From Bacteroidaceae bacterium (lineage in GTDB: Bacteria > Bacteroidota > Bacteroidia > Bacteroidales > Bacteroidaceae): a DNA stretch of 64,000 nucleotides. The stretch is from the NCBI GenBank assembly GCA_017962495.1, contig JAGCVH010000054.1:6572-70571 (forward strand), given 5' to 3'. Positions 17,008-26,879 of the stretch are shown here, piece after piece (position 1 is the first letter of the stretch; every line of letters starts with the position of its first letter). Made by a program: the position numbers and the translations under genes. The notes beneath the pieces are model-generated. The model was not told where the DNA came from. It did not search any database and saw only the letters and a program-made list of their open reading frames with translations.

Positions 17008-19538
17008 TGCTTAAATTTTTTTTTGTCGTTGATGATATACAGTCCATGCGTGGGATTCACAAGTAGGCGTCCCTGCAAGTCATAGATGCGATTTTTTGTG
17101 ATGGAACCGCCATTTATTGCGTGTAAGCCATCTACCTCTTTGCGGGTTAAGACCACGTTGTCGAAACCGATTATCTTCTCTGATCCGTCAGAGTTATGCA
17201 TGGCTGTCAGACGGATGATGGTTGCGGCTTTGCCATCACTATTGAAGACCATGCTTATTTGTTGCCATTCCGTTTTATTTGCCAACGAAGGAGAGGTAAC
17301 GGTTGTTCCACCCTCTGTGGACACAGACACGAATGCGTCTCCACCTAATCCACTTTTCCATAGGTCGCAGGTTAGCGTGTACTCACCTTCGGGAAGGCGT
17401 AGTTCCTGAGTCAGGGTCAATGTGGGTGTACCCCAGTTCTGACGAATCCAGTACGTCTGTTTGCTGTCGTTGCTGGGCTTGGGCAGACTATTAAAGAATT
17501 GGTCGAAAAAGGGGTCGCCTGCTTTCAGGGCAGTCAGGTCATATTCGTTCGGTGCGGTGCGTTCCACCGTCCAACCTTCAGGCACATAGATGGCACGGTC
17601 GCTTTTCACGCCACTGCCTTCCTGCACGGAATAGTTACCCTCGAAGTCGCCATTTATAAGTTCAGAGGGCAGGTTAGGGTTTGTGATGATGGTTTGGTCG
17701 ACCAATGCCTTCACCTCCTGCGGAGTGAAACAATGATAGGTATATTGCTCGTGGACAGCACATATGTGTGGAAAGTCCTTGCCCTCAGTCGTGAGTGTTC
17801 CTTCGAAGGTGTCGCAAATGTCGAATATAACTTGATCAACCAATCCATTACGATAGATGATGAGGCGATGGTTATCATAAGTGATGGTGATTTGCACCTT
17901 CTTCAGTTTGGTCGGGTGGTTGTCGCCATTCGTGCCAGTTGATGCATTGGCCCAGTTGTCGCTGGTATAGAGCGCGTTCTGGCTTGTGTAGATGTTGCCG
18001 TGGGAATACACTTCGGGTCGCTTGGTTGTTGCATTGATGCGATATATAAAGTTGTCGTCGTCACCAATGGAGAACAGCGTGCCTTCATATTTGTCGGGAT
18101 TGAGGATGAAGGCAAAGTGAACCGTTGTGCGTATTTGTCTGGAGCCGTCCGGTTCGTTGCTCGTGAGTGAAGTCTTCTCTTCCCACTCGTTGTCGCACAA
18201 GATGCTGGTTGGGTAGCCTTTTGGGTAGTTCTTGTTCACCATCCAATAGTAGTAGTCGCCCTGCATCCATGCGAGTCTCAGTTTGCTCTTCTTCGAACCC
18301 GGAAGGATGAAAGGACGGACATTGTTCTTCGGCGAGTCTTTGGTTATTTGTTCCGATGCGGCAACTTTCCCTTCGTCGTCTATGGTGTACTTCCAAATCT
18401 CGTACACCCCATCTTTATTATATGCCCCATTCTTTGTGGGAATAGACAGGTATAGGTCGTTAATGTTATCGGGGTCGAGAGCCATTCCGCCCGAGTAGCA
18501 TCGTTCGGTGGAGTTCCAGTTCTGATGGAAGGCGTGTCCGGCATACTGCACCCATGTGCGTCGCCACTCACTTCCAGTCCATCGTGCATACCAATAGACG
18601 TGACTGGTCTTGGCATTGTCTATGTGGGGGTATGCAATAACGGGTCGTTCGTCCTTGTCCAGTGCTATCTGCCACACCCAATTGCGTATGTTGGCCGAAT
18701 TATCGACTATCGTTAGGGGATAGCTGGAGGCATAGCTGTCGGTCTTATTCACGTTGAAGACTCCATTCTGAATGACACTCAGTTGCTTGCCTCCCAAGTC
18801 GCGCAGGATGGGACCATTGCCTTTGTTGATATCGATTACGTTGAAGTAAAGCCAGTCGGGCATCTCATTGTCGGGGTGTCCAGTTGTGTAAGCCAGATAA
18901 ATCTTATCTTTTCCGTTTGACTGGTATTTTGCATACGGACGAGCACCCGTTGATTGCACGATTTGCTTAGGTCCGAAGTCGAACTTGCAATTGTCGTTCT
19001 CGTCAGGCATAGTCAGTCGGGCAATGGTGGGATGCCAACTGATGCCTCGCCAACATAGGTATATGTGGTTGGGGTCGTCCGAGAGGATGAAAGGCGAGGG
19101 GTATGTCGTGTTGTTGGCAGTCGCCAGATACTTCTCTTCGCCCAAAGCCGTGATGTCGCCAGGTTGCTGACTGATGCGATACCAAATCTTGGCTTCATCG
19201 GTGTGGCGTGTATAGAATATCATCACGCGTTCGTCGGGCAGAACGATGAAGGTTGGGTTATTGTGGTCGTCGGGTTGGAGGTATGAACGAACCAGAACAT
19301 CGGTCTTCCGACCTGTAAGCCAGTCGTACTGAGTGGCACAGACATTGCCGTGAATGTCGATATATCCGATATAGGAGGCATTGATGCTACCGTCCGAGTT
19401 TTCATAATGCGTGGCACGAGGGTCGGCAAACCAGCACCATGCACCTTCCTGAGCTACTACATTGCTTTTGAAGTCCTCGGCTTGAATGCTCATGCCGAAA
19501 CATAAAAGGAGGAGTAGGACCAGTGTATTCTTTCTCAT
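17004..19538 (-). CDS. BNR-4-repeat family protein with LamG/CBM-like middle domains and a T9SS C-terminal sorting domain
   Basis: The start is set at MRKNTLVLLLLLCFGMSIQA (signal peptide). The N-terminus (EGAWCWFADPRATHY...) resembles the BNR_4 family. The C-terminus (IYDLQGRLLVNPTHGLYIINDKK) is a T9SS CTD. The stop overlaps the start of the GH29-GH97 gene by 4 nt. Confidence 0.65.
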   Translation of the reverse strand: MRKNTLVLLLLLCFGMSIQAEDFKSNVVAQEGAWCWFADPRATHYENSDGSINASYIGYIDIHGNVCATQYDWLTGRKTDVLVRSYLQPDDHNNPTFIVLPDERVMIFYTRHTDEAKIWYRISQQPGDITALGEEKYLATANNTTYPSPFILSDDPNHIYLCWRGISWHPTIARLTMPDENDNCKFDFGPKQIVQSTGARPYAKYQSNGKDKIYLAYTTGHPDNEMPDWLYFNVIDINKGNGPILRDLGGKQLSVIQNGVFNVNKTDSYASSYPLTIVDNSANIRNWVWQIALDKDERPVIAYPHIDNAKTSHVYWYARWTGSEWRRTWVQYAGHAFHQNWNSTERCYSGGMALDPDNINDLYLSIPTKNGAYNKDGVYEIWKYTIDDEGKVAASEQITKDSPKNNVRPFILPGSKKSKLRLAWMQGDYYYWMVNKNYPKGYPTSILCDNEWEEKTSLTSNEPDGSRQIRTTVHFAFILNPDKYEGTLFSIGDDDNFIYRINATTKRPEVYSHGNIYTSQNALYTSDNWANASTGTNGDNHPTKLKKVQITITYDNHRLIIYRNGLVDQVIFDICDTFEGTLTTEGKDFPHICAVHEQYTYHCFTPQEVKALVDQTIITNPNLPSELINGDFEGNYSVQEGSGVKSDRAIYVPEGWTVERTAPNEYDLTALKAGDPFFDQFFNSLPKPSNDSKQTYWIRQNWGTPTLTLTQELRLPEGEYTLTCDLWKSGLGGDAFVSVSTEGGTTVTSPSLANKTEWQQISMVFNSDGKAATIIRLTAMHNSDGSEKIIGFDNVVLTRKEVDGLHAINGGSITKNRIYDLQGRLLVNPTHGLYIINDKKKFKQ

Positions 19539-19583
19539 AATATTAAATATATAGGTATGTGACTTCATGTGACTTTTCATCCA

Positions 19584-20384
19584 TCAATTCGTATAAGTGT
19601 GTACACTGCTTCCTATGGCAGATGGCAGATAATTGATTCCCCACCAGCACATTTGCAACAACAGGAAACAGAGTATAAGTCCCCAGAGAGCTATCCTTGT
19701 ATTGTGGCGAGGCAGACGAATGTAGTGAAGATAGACGAGATACGACATCCAAGTGATGGCCGCCCAAGTCTCCTTAGGGTCCCACGACCAGTAGTGACCC
19801 CATGCTTCCTTTGCCCAAAGGGCTCCAAAGAGCATGCCGAACGTCATGAAGGCAAGTCCGATGTTTATCAAACTCTCGAGTGGATTCTCGTCTGCTCTTG
19901 CGTCTCTCACTTCTGACTTTCCACCCTTAATCAGCATCCACGCGGCTACCAGTGTTGCAGCACCCAATAGGGCATAGGCAAACATGTACACGATGACGTG
20001 CGGAACAAACCACGGGCTTTGCAGGGCAGGCATCAAGGCCTGTGTGTGAATCTCGGGCTTGAAGATGTTGATGCAGATGAAGACCGTTGCCATCATGGTC
20101 GAGAAGGAAAGAATCCAACGATATTTCCATCGCGTATAAATGATGAGGCCTACCAGAGGAAGGAACAGGGAGTACCACAGACGCGTTTCTCCTATCGTTC
20201 GCAAAGGTGGGTGTTTCATCGTAATCCACATCGCCAGAATGAAAGAAAAGAAGATGAGGAGGCCGATGGCGGTTATGACGATGGCGGCACGCCGTTTTCC
20301 TTTCCATGCTGCCCAAGCGCCAAATGCCCAATGAATGAGTGCAAAAGCTGCAAAATAGATAAAAAAGTCCCAATTCATCGACAT
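19584..20384 (-). CDS. ccsA: Cytochrome c biogenesis protein CcsA (System II heme handling)
   Basis: 266-aa polytopic ORF with a Trp-rich WWD-type motif (WAKEAWGHYWSWDPKETWAAITW). Confidence 0.8.
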   Translation of the reverse strand: MSMNWDFFIYFAAFALIHWAFGAWAAWKGKRRAAIVITAIGLLIFFSFILAMWITMKHPPLRTIGETRLWYSLFLPLVGLIIYTRWKYRWILSFSTMMATVFICINIFKPEIHTQALMPALQSPWFVPHVIVYMFAYALLGAATLVAAWMLIKGGKSEVRDARADENPLESLINIGLAFMTFGMLFGALWAKEAWGHYWSWDPKETWAAITWMSYLVYLHYIRLPRHNTRIALWGLILCFLLLQMCWWGINYLPSAIGSSVHTYTN

Positions 20385-21292
20385 TTTTCCTCCTTTCTAC
20401 CTTTCCGCATGAACATGAGCAAAGCACCAAACAGCATCATGTATATCCCAGTGTAAACCGCAGGCAACCAAGGGTCGCGAACCAGTTCGAGGATGCTCAT
20501 CTGCGACTGAGCTCCCTTTTGCGTGTCATAGCCGTATTGATAGATTTTCCATCCTCCTATGCGAACGGGTTTGTTCACGTCAACAACGGCGTGTTTGACA
20601 TCCCCGGATTTCGTGCGTACAACTATTTCTGAAGCATAGCGCTTAGGGGCTCCGTTGTCGTACGTCTCCATGATAAACCGCTGAAGCTCAATGGCTAATG
20701 GTGTCTCAACAACGCGATTCTCCTCATTCATTCCTCGCCATTCAATCTGTCCCACGAAGGTGATTAACTTCAGCCTTTGCATGTCAGCATTGCCAAGCGT
20801 GGCTGTGAGGAGTACGATGAAAAGACCCAAGTGGAAGGCCATGAATTGCAGGTTTGCAATGGAAAAGCGAAAGTGGAGGAGTCGACGCAGACAAACCATT
20901 CCCAGGACGATGGCCATGAGGGCGTAGATGAGAACAAAAGGCCAGTACGAGAGCATATTGTCGATGCCTCGTCCATCCGTTTTCTGCTGGGTAAGTCCCA
21001 TGACGATGGTCAGCACGACTGCATAGACGAGTGTGGGAATGGCGACCTGCTGGGTTCCGAGAAAGCGGAAGAGGCGACAGCGGTTTGCGAACAAAGTCAT
21101 GAGGGCGATTGCCAAAAGGAAGAGGGCCAGCGTGATGCCGTTGACAGGCCAAGAGAAGACCGACCACGAGATAGGGCCTACGCTCCATTGCAGTATCAAT
21201 CCAATGCCGATGAACACTGCGCCTATAGCAAAGCCTTCAAGCATGTTCCAGGACTTCCGCTCCATCGTTTTATCGATTGTTTCTTCCTTCAT
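20375..21292 (-). CDS. ResB/CcsB-like cytochrome c biogenesis membrane protein (short form)
   Basis: 305 aa with several TM helices and a central soluble loop. It lies immediately upstream of ccsA and overlaps it by 10 nt. The start is uncertain, since a -7 box lies only 5 nt upstream of this ATG; an alternative start is M10 at 21265. Confidence 0.6.
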   Translation of the reverse strand: MKEETIDKTMERKSWNMLEGFAIGAVFIGIGLILQWSVGPISWSVFSWPVNGITLALFLLAIALMTLFANRCRLFRFLGTQQVAIPTLVYAVVLTIVMGLTQQKTDGRGIDNMLSYWPFVLIYALMAIVLGMVCLRRLLHFRFSIANLQFMAFHLGLFIVLLTATLGNADMQRLKLITFVGQIEWRGMNEENRVVETPLAIELQRFIMETYDNGAPKRYASEIVVRTKSGDVKHAVVDVNKPVRIGGWKIYQYGYDTQKGAQSQMSILELVRDPWLPAVYTGIYMMLFGALLMFMRKGRKEEKCR

Positions 21293-21297
21293 GGTGA

Positions 21298-21305
21298 CAA
21301 AGATA
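21298..21305 (-). promoter_or_regulatory. Bacteroidetes -7 promoter box (TAnnTTTG) for the resB-like/ccsA pair
   Basis: TATCTTTG on the minus strand, 5 nt upstream of the first ATG. Confidence 0.45.
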
Positions 21306-21367
21306 CGAAAAAAAGTCGAAACTAAACTAATTACCTTAACTTATTAATATAGATGTAAGTACACACG

Positions 21368-21538
21368 GATAGGTGTTCGAGTTCAAATGAGCATAGGCTC
21401 AAGTGAAATCGAATATAGGTTCTTGCTCCGTTTCTCTACGCAAGCGTAGGACTTCGTCCGTCCGATTACGAGTGCAATTGAATATAGGTTCGACGGCATT
21501 CGAGTATAGGCTCGAGGTCCATCGAATATAGGTTCGAT
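21368..21538. repeat. Dispersed intergenic repeat: palindromic units, conserved ~75-bp core and three 22-bp-phased units
   Basis: The core at 21416-21471 is ~85% identical to 1870-1921. Units TGAATATAGGTTCGA (21479), CGAGTATAGGCTCGA (21501) and CGAATATAGGTTCGA (21523) are spaced by exact 22-bp steps. Confidence 0.85.
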
Positions 21539-21662
21539 TGTTATAAGGCATAAGTCCGTGTAAAAGAGTGATATTGTTTGGTTTTACTGCCTTCTTTTTC
21601 CCGTTTTTGGCATAGAACTGGTTTCGCGTTGTCGCTTTTTTGCATGATTCATTATTTATTCT

Positions 21663-21670
21663 TATCTTTG
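21663..21670 (+). promoter_or_regulatory. Bacteroidetes -7 promoter box (TAnnTTTG) for the 962-aa secreted protein gene
   Basis: TATCTTTG with an upstream TTTG, 59 nt before the ATG at 21730. Confidence 0.45.
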
Positions 21671-21729
21671 CCGTTGAAATGTCTATCTCTTTTGAGATAG
21701 ACCTTATAAATATGCTTAATCGGACAATA

Positions 21730-24618
21730 ATGAAACGAATCGCATCTCTTATTTTACTGATTCTCAACCTTTCAAGTGCTTTGGCTCAGAATCCCACTAC
21801 ACTCGACGGATGGGCTCAGCGCTTGCAACTCTTTGGGCAGAGTCTGCCTCAGGAGGAGGTTTTCCTACACATGGACAATAGTTGTTACTATCTGGGTGAC
21901 ACCATATATTTCAAGGCCTACATGCGCTTGAGCGACGGCAAGCCTTCCTCGTTGAGCCGCTTGCTGTACATAGAACTCTTCAACAACGATGGCTATCTCG
22001 TTGAGCGCCAGAAAATTGAGATGAACGCAGGCACTGGTTATGGTTCGTTCGTTTTGCCTGATACCATTTACAGCGGATATTATGAACTGAGAGCCTACAC
22101 CCGTTGGCAACTCAACTGGGGACGTACGGAACACCCTCACACGACGCAGGCAGAGGATTGGTTCTTCTCAAAGGAGATGGCCAAGGAATACTATCGTGAC
22201 TACGAAAAGCTCTATAGCCGAGTGTTTCCCGTCTATGACCACCCACGCGAGGCTGGCGATTATGCACAGGAGATGACCTTGCGCCCACTGCAACGACTGG
22301 TGGCTCAGAAGGAAGAGAAACCAAAGGCGGTTGTCACTTTCTATCCAGAGGGAGGAAACCTGGTGGCCGGTGTGAAGAACCGCATCGCATTTGAGGCTAA
22401 CGACGAAGACGGGCGTCATCTTAAGGGAACGCTCACCATAGGAGACCAGAATGTGGAAACCTTTAATCGCGGACGAGGAGCCTTTTTTACCGATGGAATG
22501 GCGGAAAAATGCACATTCAAGTGGGAGGGAGGCACTCAAGAAGTGCGTCTGCCAAAGGCTGTTCAGGAAGGCGTGGCTTTGCAAGCCGACGTGCAGGCCG
22601 ATGGCATTCATCTTACCCTCTTTGCCAAAGGGCAGGCGGCTCAGGAACCATTGGGTCTGACGGTATCGAGTCATGGTGTACAGAAGGACTTTCAACAGTT
22701 AGGACCTGGTGGCGAACTTTCGGCAATCGTTCCGTTGGAGAAGTTGCCTACTGGCGTAATCCAACTCACCGTGTTTAATGCCGAAGGCCGAATCTATGCC
22801 GACCGCCTGGTCTTTGTTCGTCAACCTGATTTCACGGCTCAGAACATTTCCATTACAGGAGTAAAGGACAAGTATGAACCATACGAACAGATTGAGTTGA
22901 ATGTGCAGACGCTTCCTCAGCCAAGCCTCTCCCTTGCTGTTCGCGATGCGGCTCATTCCGATTATACCTTCGACTCGGGCAATATCCTAACCGAGATGCT
23001 GCTGGCAAGCCAGATACGTGGTTTCGTGGAGAATCCCGCCTTCTTCTTTGAAGCGGATGACGAGGAACATAGGACCTCTCTCGATTTGTTGCTGATGGTG
23101 CAGGGTTGGCGTCGTTATTCTTGGCAAGAGATGGCTACGCCTGGGGCATTTGCAATGAACGAACCCTATGAACGAACGGAAGTTCTGACGGGGGACGTAA
23201 ATCCTTATATGGCGGAAGAACAAGAGGACCTGCTGTCTCGTGCTTCTTATATAGAATCGTTCATAGTAGGAGCCGACTCGATGGAGATACCTATGTATGA
23301 ACGTCCGTCCTCTCCTGATGTTGTTAACTTGGTAGAGAAGAATGTTGTTCGATTATATAGCTCGAGAGATACTGCATCTATGGGTGGAATGCGTGCAATG
23401 ATGGCTCTATGGGGTAATCAACGTGAGATGGACCACACGTATCTTGAGGGTCGATTGACGAAGGAAGACGCTGGAAGCATGAAGAACGAGGTGCTGTTGC
23501 ACGCCGAATTCGTACAGCCTGGTGTGAAGAACGGTATTGTGGAAGGCGATATGCCCACATTCGACAAGGGTCACTTCAAGATTGAGGCACCACGTTTCTA
23601 TCAGGCTTGTCACTTCTCACTCGCGGCTTCAGACACCACCAAGTGGAAGCCCGGCAAGAAACACATCTGGGTGGCTGTGAACGAAGACGAAAAGGAACGA
23701 CTCAACTATCCTGAGTTCTACGTGAAATTGAATTCCATCTTTCCCCGTTTCGTAAAGCCTTATTCGTTCTATCAAACGGCTGTTCCACAGGCTCGTGTTG
23801 GGAAGCAGATAAAGCGCCCGGGCGATGACGTCGTGGTGATGGATGAGGTTACAGTACGCGCCAGTCGTCGTACGGTCTTTCGTAAGTTTGACCCCACGAA
23901 ACCAGCCTTCGTGCTTGATGCCTACGACGCCTTTAATCAGACCATCGATGCAGGCTTGTGTCCTGGTTATTATACGGGAGCTCGTCGCTTCGTGGACGAT
24001 ATTGCTCGCACATTCGTTGGCGATATGGGAATGGAACGACCCTATACTGTAGAGACTCGCATCAATACGAAACCGGTCGGGGCTGGAGTGATGCTTTTCA
24101 AGGAAGCCGAACTGCATTCGACCTCTCTTAATACTGATCCGCGCTATGATAATATGCAAAGGATGATAGAAAATGCGCCTCTCGTCCCCCTGCAAACCAA
24201 GAGCATGTATGACCATCTGCCTCGCCTCGACAAGGTATATGTCTTCACAGACTATGCACCTCGACGTGAGGGAAGTGGGACTTACACTCAGTCGAATCAG
24301 CCAACGGTTGTCGTTGACTTGCATCGGTTTGAGGATGGTGGACAGCGCATGACCTGGCGCGATCGACGAATGGTTCTCACGGGCTTTGCCGTATGCGAGG
24401 ACTTCTATCAGCCCGATTATTCGAAACAACGTCCAACTGAGCCAACTGACTATCGTCGAACACTTTATTGGAATCCTAACGTGGAACTAGATGCTCAAGG
24501 GCATGCTACCGTTCGCTTCTTCAATAATAGTCGTTCCACTCGTCTTACGGTGTCTGCCGAAGGTATGACCAAGGACGGACAACCGCTCACGGGCATAAGC
24601 TATCCCGAAGATAGGTAG
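21730..24618 (+). CDS. Large secreted protein of unknown function (MG2/alpha-2-macroglobulin-like N-terminal segment; plug-preceding-like motif)
   Basis: The start is set at [20 protein letters not shown] (signal peptide). [13 protein letters not shown]...GYYELRAY resembles an MG2 domain. [14 protein letters not shown] resembles the segment preceding TonB-receptor plug domains. No catalytic motif was recognised. Confidence 0.5.
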   Translation: MKRIASLILLILNLSSALAQNPTTLDGWAQRLQLFGQSLPQEEVFLHMDNSCYYLGDTIYFKAYMRLSDGKPSSLSRLLYIELFNNDGYLVERQKIEMNAGTGYGSFVLPDTIYSGYYELRAYTRWQLNWGRTEHPHTTQAEDWFFSKEMAKEYYRDYEKLYSRVFPVYDHPREAGDYAQEMTLRPLQRLVAQKEEKPKAVVTFYPEGGNLVAGVKNRIAFEANDEDGRHLKGTLTIGDQNVETFNRGRGAFFTDGMAEKCTFKWEGGTQEVRLPKAVQEGVALQADVQADGIHLTLFAKGQAAQEPLGLTVSSHGVQKDFQQLGPGGELSAIVPLEKLPTGVIQLTVFNAEGRIYADRLVFVRQPDFTAQNISITGVKDKYEPYEQIELNVQTLPQPSLSLAVRDAAHSDYTFDSGNILTEMLLASQIRGFVENPAFFFEADDEEHRTSLDLLLMVQGWRRYSWQEMATPGAFAMNEPYERTEVLTGDVNPYMAEEQEDLLSRASYIESFIVGADSMEIPMYERPSSPDVVNLVEKNVVRLYSSRDTASMGGMRAMMALWGNQREMDHTYLEGRLTKEDAGSMKNEVLLHAEFVQPGVKNGIVEGDMPTFDKGHFKIEAPRFYQACHFSLAASDTTKWKPGKKHIWVAVNEDEKERLNYPEFYVKLNSIFPRFVKPYSFYQTAVPQARVGKQIKRPGDDVVVMDEVTVRASRRTVFRKFDPTKPAFVLDAYDAFNQTIDAGLCPGYYTGARRFVDDIARTFVGDMGMERPYTVETRINTKPVGAGVMLFKEAELHSTSLNTDPRYDNMQRMIENAPLVPLQTKSMYDHLPRLDKVYVFTDYAPRREGSGTYTQSNQPTVVVDLHRFEDGGQRMTWRDRRMVLTGFAVCEDFYQPDYSKQRPTEPTDYRRTLYWNPNVELDAQGHATVRFFNNSRSTRLTVSAEGMTKDGQPLTGISYPEDR

Positions 24619-24649
24619 GTTTTCATTTTGTATTTTAAATATATTATTG

Positions 24650-24657
24650 TATCTTTG
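24650..24657 (+). promoter_or_regulatory. Bacteroidetes -7 promoter box (TAnnTTTG) for gpmI-ung
   Basis: TATCTTTG, 37 nt upstream of the ATG at 24695, with a TTTG at 24627-24630. Confidence 0.55.
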
Positions 24658-24694
24658 CGCGCGAAAACAAGAAAAAACATATAAAACAATTATT

Positions 24695-26212
24695 ATGGCA
24701 AAGAAAGCACTTTTGATGATACTCGATGGATGGGGTATCGGTAACAAGTCGAAGGGCGATGTAATCTATCAGACTCCTACGCCCAACCTTGACAAGATCA
24801 ATGCAACTTATCCTCATAGCCAGCTTCTGGCAAGCGGTGAAAACGTTGGTTTGCCCGACGGACAGATGGGAAACTCTGAGGTGGGTCACCTGAACATCGG
24901 TGCTGGACGCATTGTCTATCAGGACTTAGTGAAGATAAACCGTGCATGCAGGGATGGAAGTATTATGAAGAACCCCGAGATAGTGAATGCTTACGAATAT
25001 GCCAAAGCTAATGGTAAGGCCGTTCACCTGATGGGTCTGACTTCGAACGGTGGCGTTCACTCTTCATTGGACCACCTCTTTAAGCTCACCGATATCTCGG
25101 AGGAATACGGCATCAAGGAGACATACATCCACTGTTTCATGGACGGACGTGATACCGATCCCAGAAGCGGTATTACTTTCATTCAGGAGCTGACGGACCA
25201 CATCAAGGGTCGCAATGCACACATCGCCAGCATTATAGGTCGCTTCTATGCAATGGACCGCGATAAGCGTTGGGATCGCGTGAAGGTTGCCTATGACTTG
25301 CTCATCTCGGGCGAAGGCCATCAGGCTACCGATATGGTGGAGGCCATGCAAGACAGCTATGACGAAGGCGTGACCGACGAATTCATCAAGCCCATCAATA
25401 ACACGAACGTTGACGGTACTATCAAGGAAGGTGATGTGGTTATCTTCTTCAACTACCGTAACGACCGCGCTAAGGAACTGACCATCGTATTGACTCAGCA
25501 GGATATGGAAGATCAAGGCATGAAGACCATTCCCGGACTTCAGTACTATTGCATGACTCCTTACGATGCTTCGTTCAAGGGCGTTCACATCCTGTTCCCG
25601 AAGGAAAACGTGATGAACACACTTGGTGAGTACATTGCAGCCAAGGGCCTGAAGCAACTGCATACTGCCGAAACAGAAAAGTATGCCCATGTTACCTTCT
25701 TCTTCAATGGTGGTCGCGAGACTCCTTATGAAGGTGAGGACCGCATTCTGGTGGCCAGTCCTAAGGTGCAGACCTATGACCTGAAGCCTGAAATGAGTGC
25801 TTTCGAGGTTAAGGACAAACTGGTTGCTGCCATCAAGGAGAATAAATACGACTTCATTGTCGTTAACTTTGCCAATGGCGATATGGTTGGTCATACGGGT
25901 GTGTATGAGGCTATTGAGAAAGCCGTTAAGGCAGTCGACCAGTGTGTGGGTGAGGTTGTTGATGCCGCTTTATCTACTGACTATGAGACCATTATTATTG
26001 CCGACCACGGTAATGCCGATAATGCCATCAATCCTGATGGTACTGCCAACACCGCACATTCCTTGAACCCCGTGCCTTTCATCTATATAACAGAGAATCG
26101 CGAGGCTAAGGTTGAGGATGGTGTGCTGGCCGATGTTGCTCCCAGCATCCTGCACATCATGGGTCTCGAACAACCGGCCGATATGACGGGTAAATGCCTG
26201 ATTAAAGATTAA
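24695..26212 (+). CDS. gpmI: 2,3-bisphosphoglycerate-independent phosphoglycerate mutase
   Basis: The start is at [14 protein letters not shown]. iPGM motifs are present ([40 protein letters not shown]). Confidence 0.95.
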   Translation: MAKKALLMILDGWGIGNKSKGDVIYQTPTPNLDKINATYPHSQLLASGENVGLPDGQMGNSEVGHLNIGAGRIVYQDLVKINRACRDGSIMKNPEIVNAYEYAKANGKAVHLMGLTSNGGVHSSLDHLFKLTDISEEYGIKETYIHCFMDGRDTDPRSGITFIQELTDHIKGRNAHIASIIGRFYAMDRDKRWDRVKVAYDLLISGEGHQATDMVEAMQDSYDEGVTDEFIKPINNTNVDGTIKEGDVVIFFNYRNDRAKELTIVLTQQDMEDQGMKTIPGLQYYCMTPYDASFKGVHILFPKENVMNTLGEYIAAKGLKQLHTAETEKYAHVTFFFNGGRETPYEGEDRILVASPKVQTYDLKPEMSAFEVKDKLVAAIKENKYDFIVVNFANGDMVGHTGVYEAIEKAVKAVDQCVGEVVDAALSTDYETIIIADHGNADNAINPDGTANTAHSLNPVPFIYITENREAKVEDGVLADVAPSILHIMGLEQPADMTGKCLIKD

Positions 26213-26213
26213 T

Positions 26214-26879
26214 ATGAATGTAAAGATTGAGGCGAGTTGGGGTAACCAGCTCGCCTCCGAATTTGAAAAGCCTTACTTCGCCCAATTGGTGAAGTCGGTG
26301 CATAGTGAATATGCCGCAGGGGTGTGCTATCCCCCTGGAAGGTTTATATTTAATGCCTTCAACCAGACCCCTTTCGACCAAGTGAAGGTGATTATTCTTG
26401 GGCAAGACCCCTATCACGAACCCGGTCAGGCGCATGGGCTTAGCTTCTCAGTGCAGGACGGAGTGCCATTCCCTCCTTCGCTTCAGAACATCTTCAAGGA
26501 AATATCTAACGATTTAGGTGCGCCTATTCCTCCCTCGGGTAATCTGACTCGATGGGCAGAACAGGGTGTGCTTCTCTTGAACGCCACACTTACCGTCCGC
26601 GCACATCAGGCCAATAGTCATGCAACAATCGGATGGCAACAGTTTACCGATGCAGCAATTCATGCCTTGGCAACACATAGAGAGAATATTGTCTATATGC
26701 TTTGGGGCGGTTTCGCTCGAGGAAAGGCTTGGATGATAGACAAATCGAAAAATTTTGTCCTCGAGTCTGTTCATCCCTCTCCGCTTAGTGCCAATCGCGG
26801 TGGTTGGTTCGGGCAGCACCAGTTTAGTCGTTGCAATGCTTACTTGCAACAGCATGGACAAAGTCCGATAATATGGTAA
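26214..26879 (+). CDS. ung: Uracil-DNA glycosylase
   Basis: 221 aa with the family-1 UDG motifs GQDPYH and HPSPLSA. It starts 2 nt after gpmI. Confidence 0.93.
   Translation: MNVKIEASWGNQLASEFEKPYFAQLVKSVHSEYAAGVCYPPGRFIFNAFNQTPFDQVKVIILGQDPYHEPGQAHGLSFSVQDGVPFPPSLQNIFKEISNDLGAPIPPSGNLTRWAEQGVLLLNATLTVRAHQANSHATIGWQQFTDAAIHALATHRENIVYMLWGGFARGKAWMIDKSKNFVLESVHPSPLSANRGGWFGQHQFSRCNAYLQQHGQSPIIW

Noticed and set aside
19539-19580. 14-codon extension (MKSHMKSHTYIFNI) of the BNR4/T9SS ORF
   Set aside because: The internal ATG at 19538 is followed directly by a canonical signal peptide.
21399-21767. 122-aa minus-strand ORF in the resB-like / secreted-protein spacer
   Set aside because: It is composed of the dispersed repeat units and overlaps the promoter and start of the 21730 gene.
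23629-25894. 266-aa and 276-aa minus-strand ORFs opposite the 962-aa protein gene and gpmI
   Set aside because: They are antisense to better-supported genes and have no recognisable domain.
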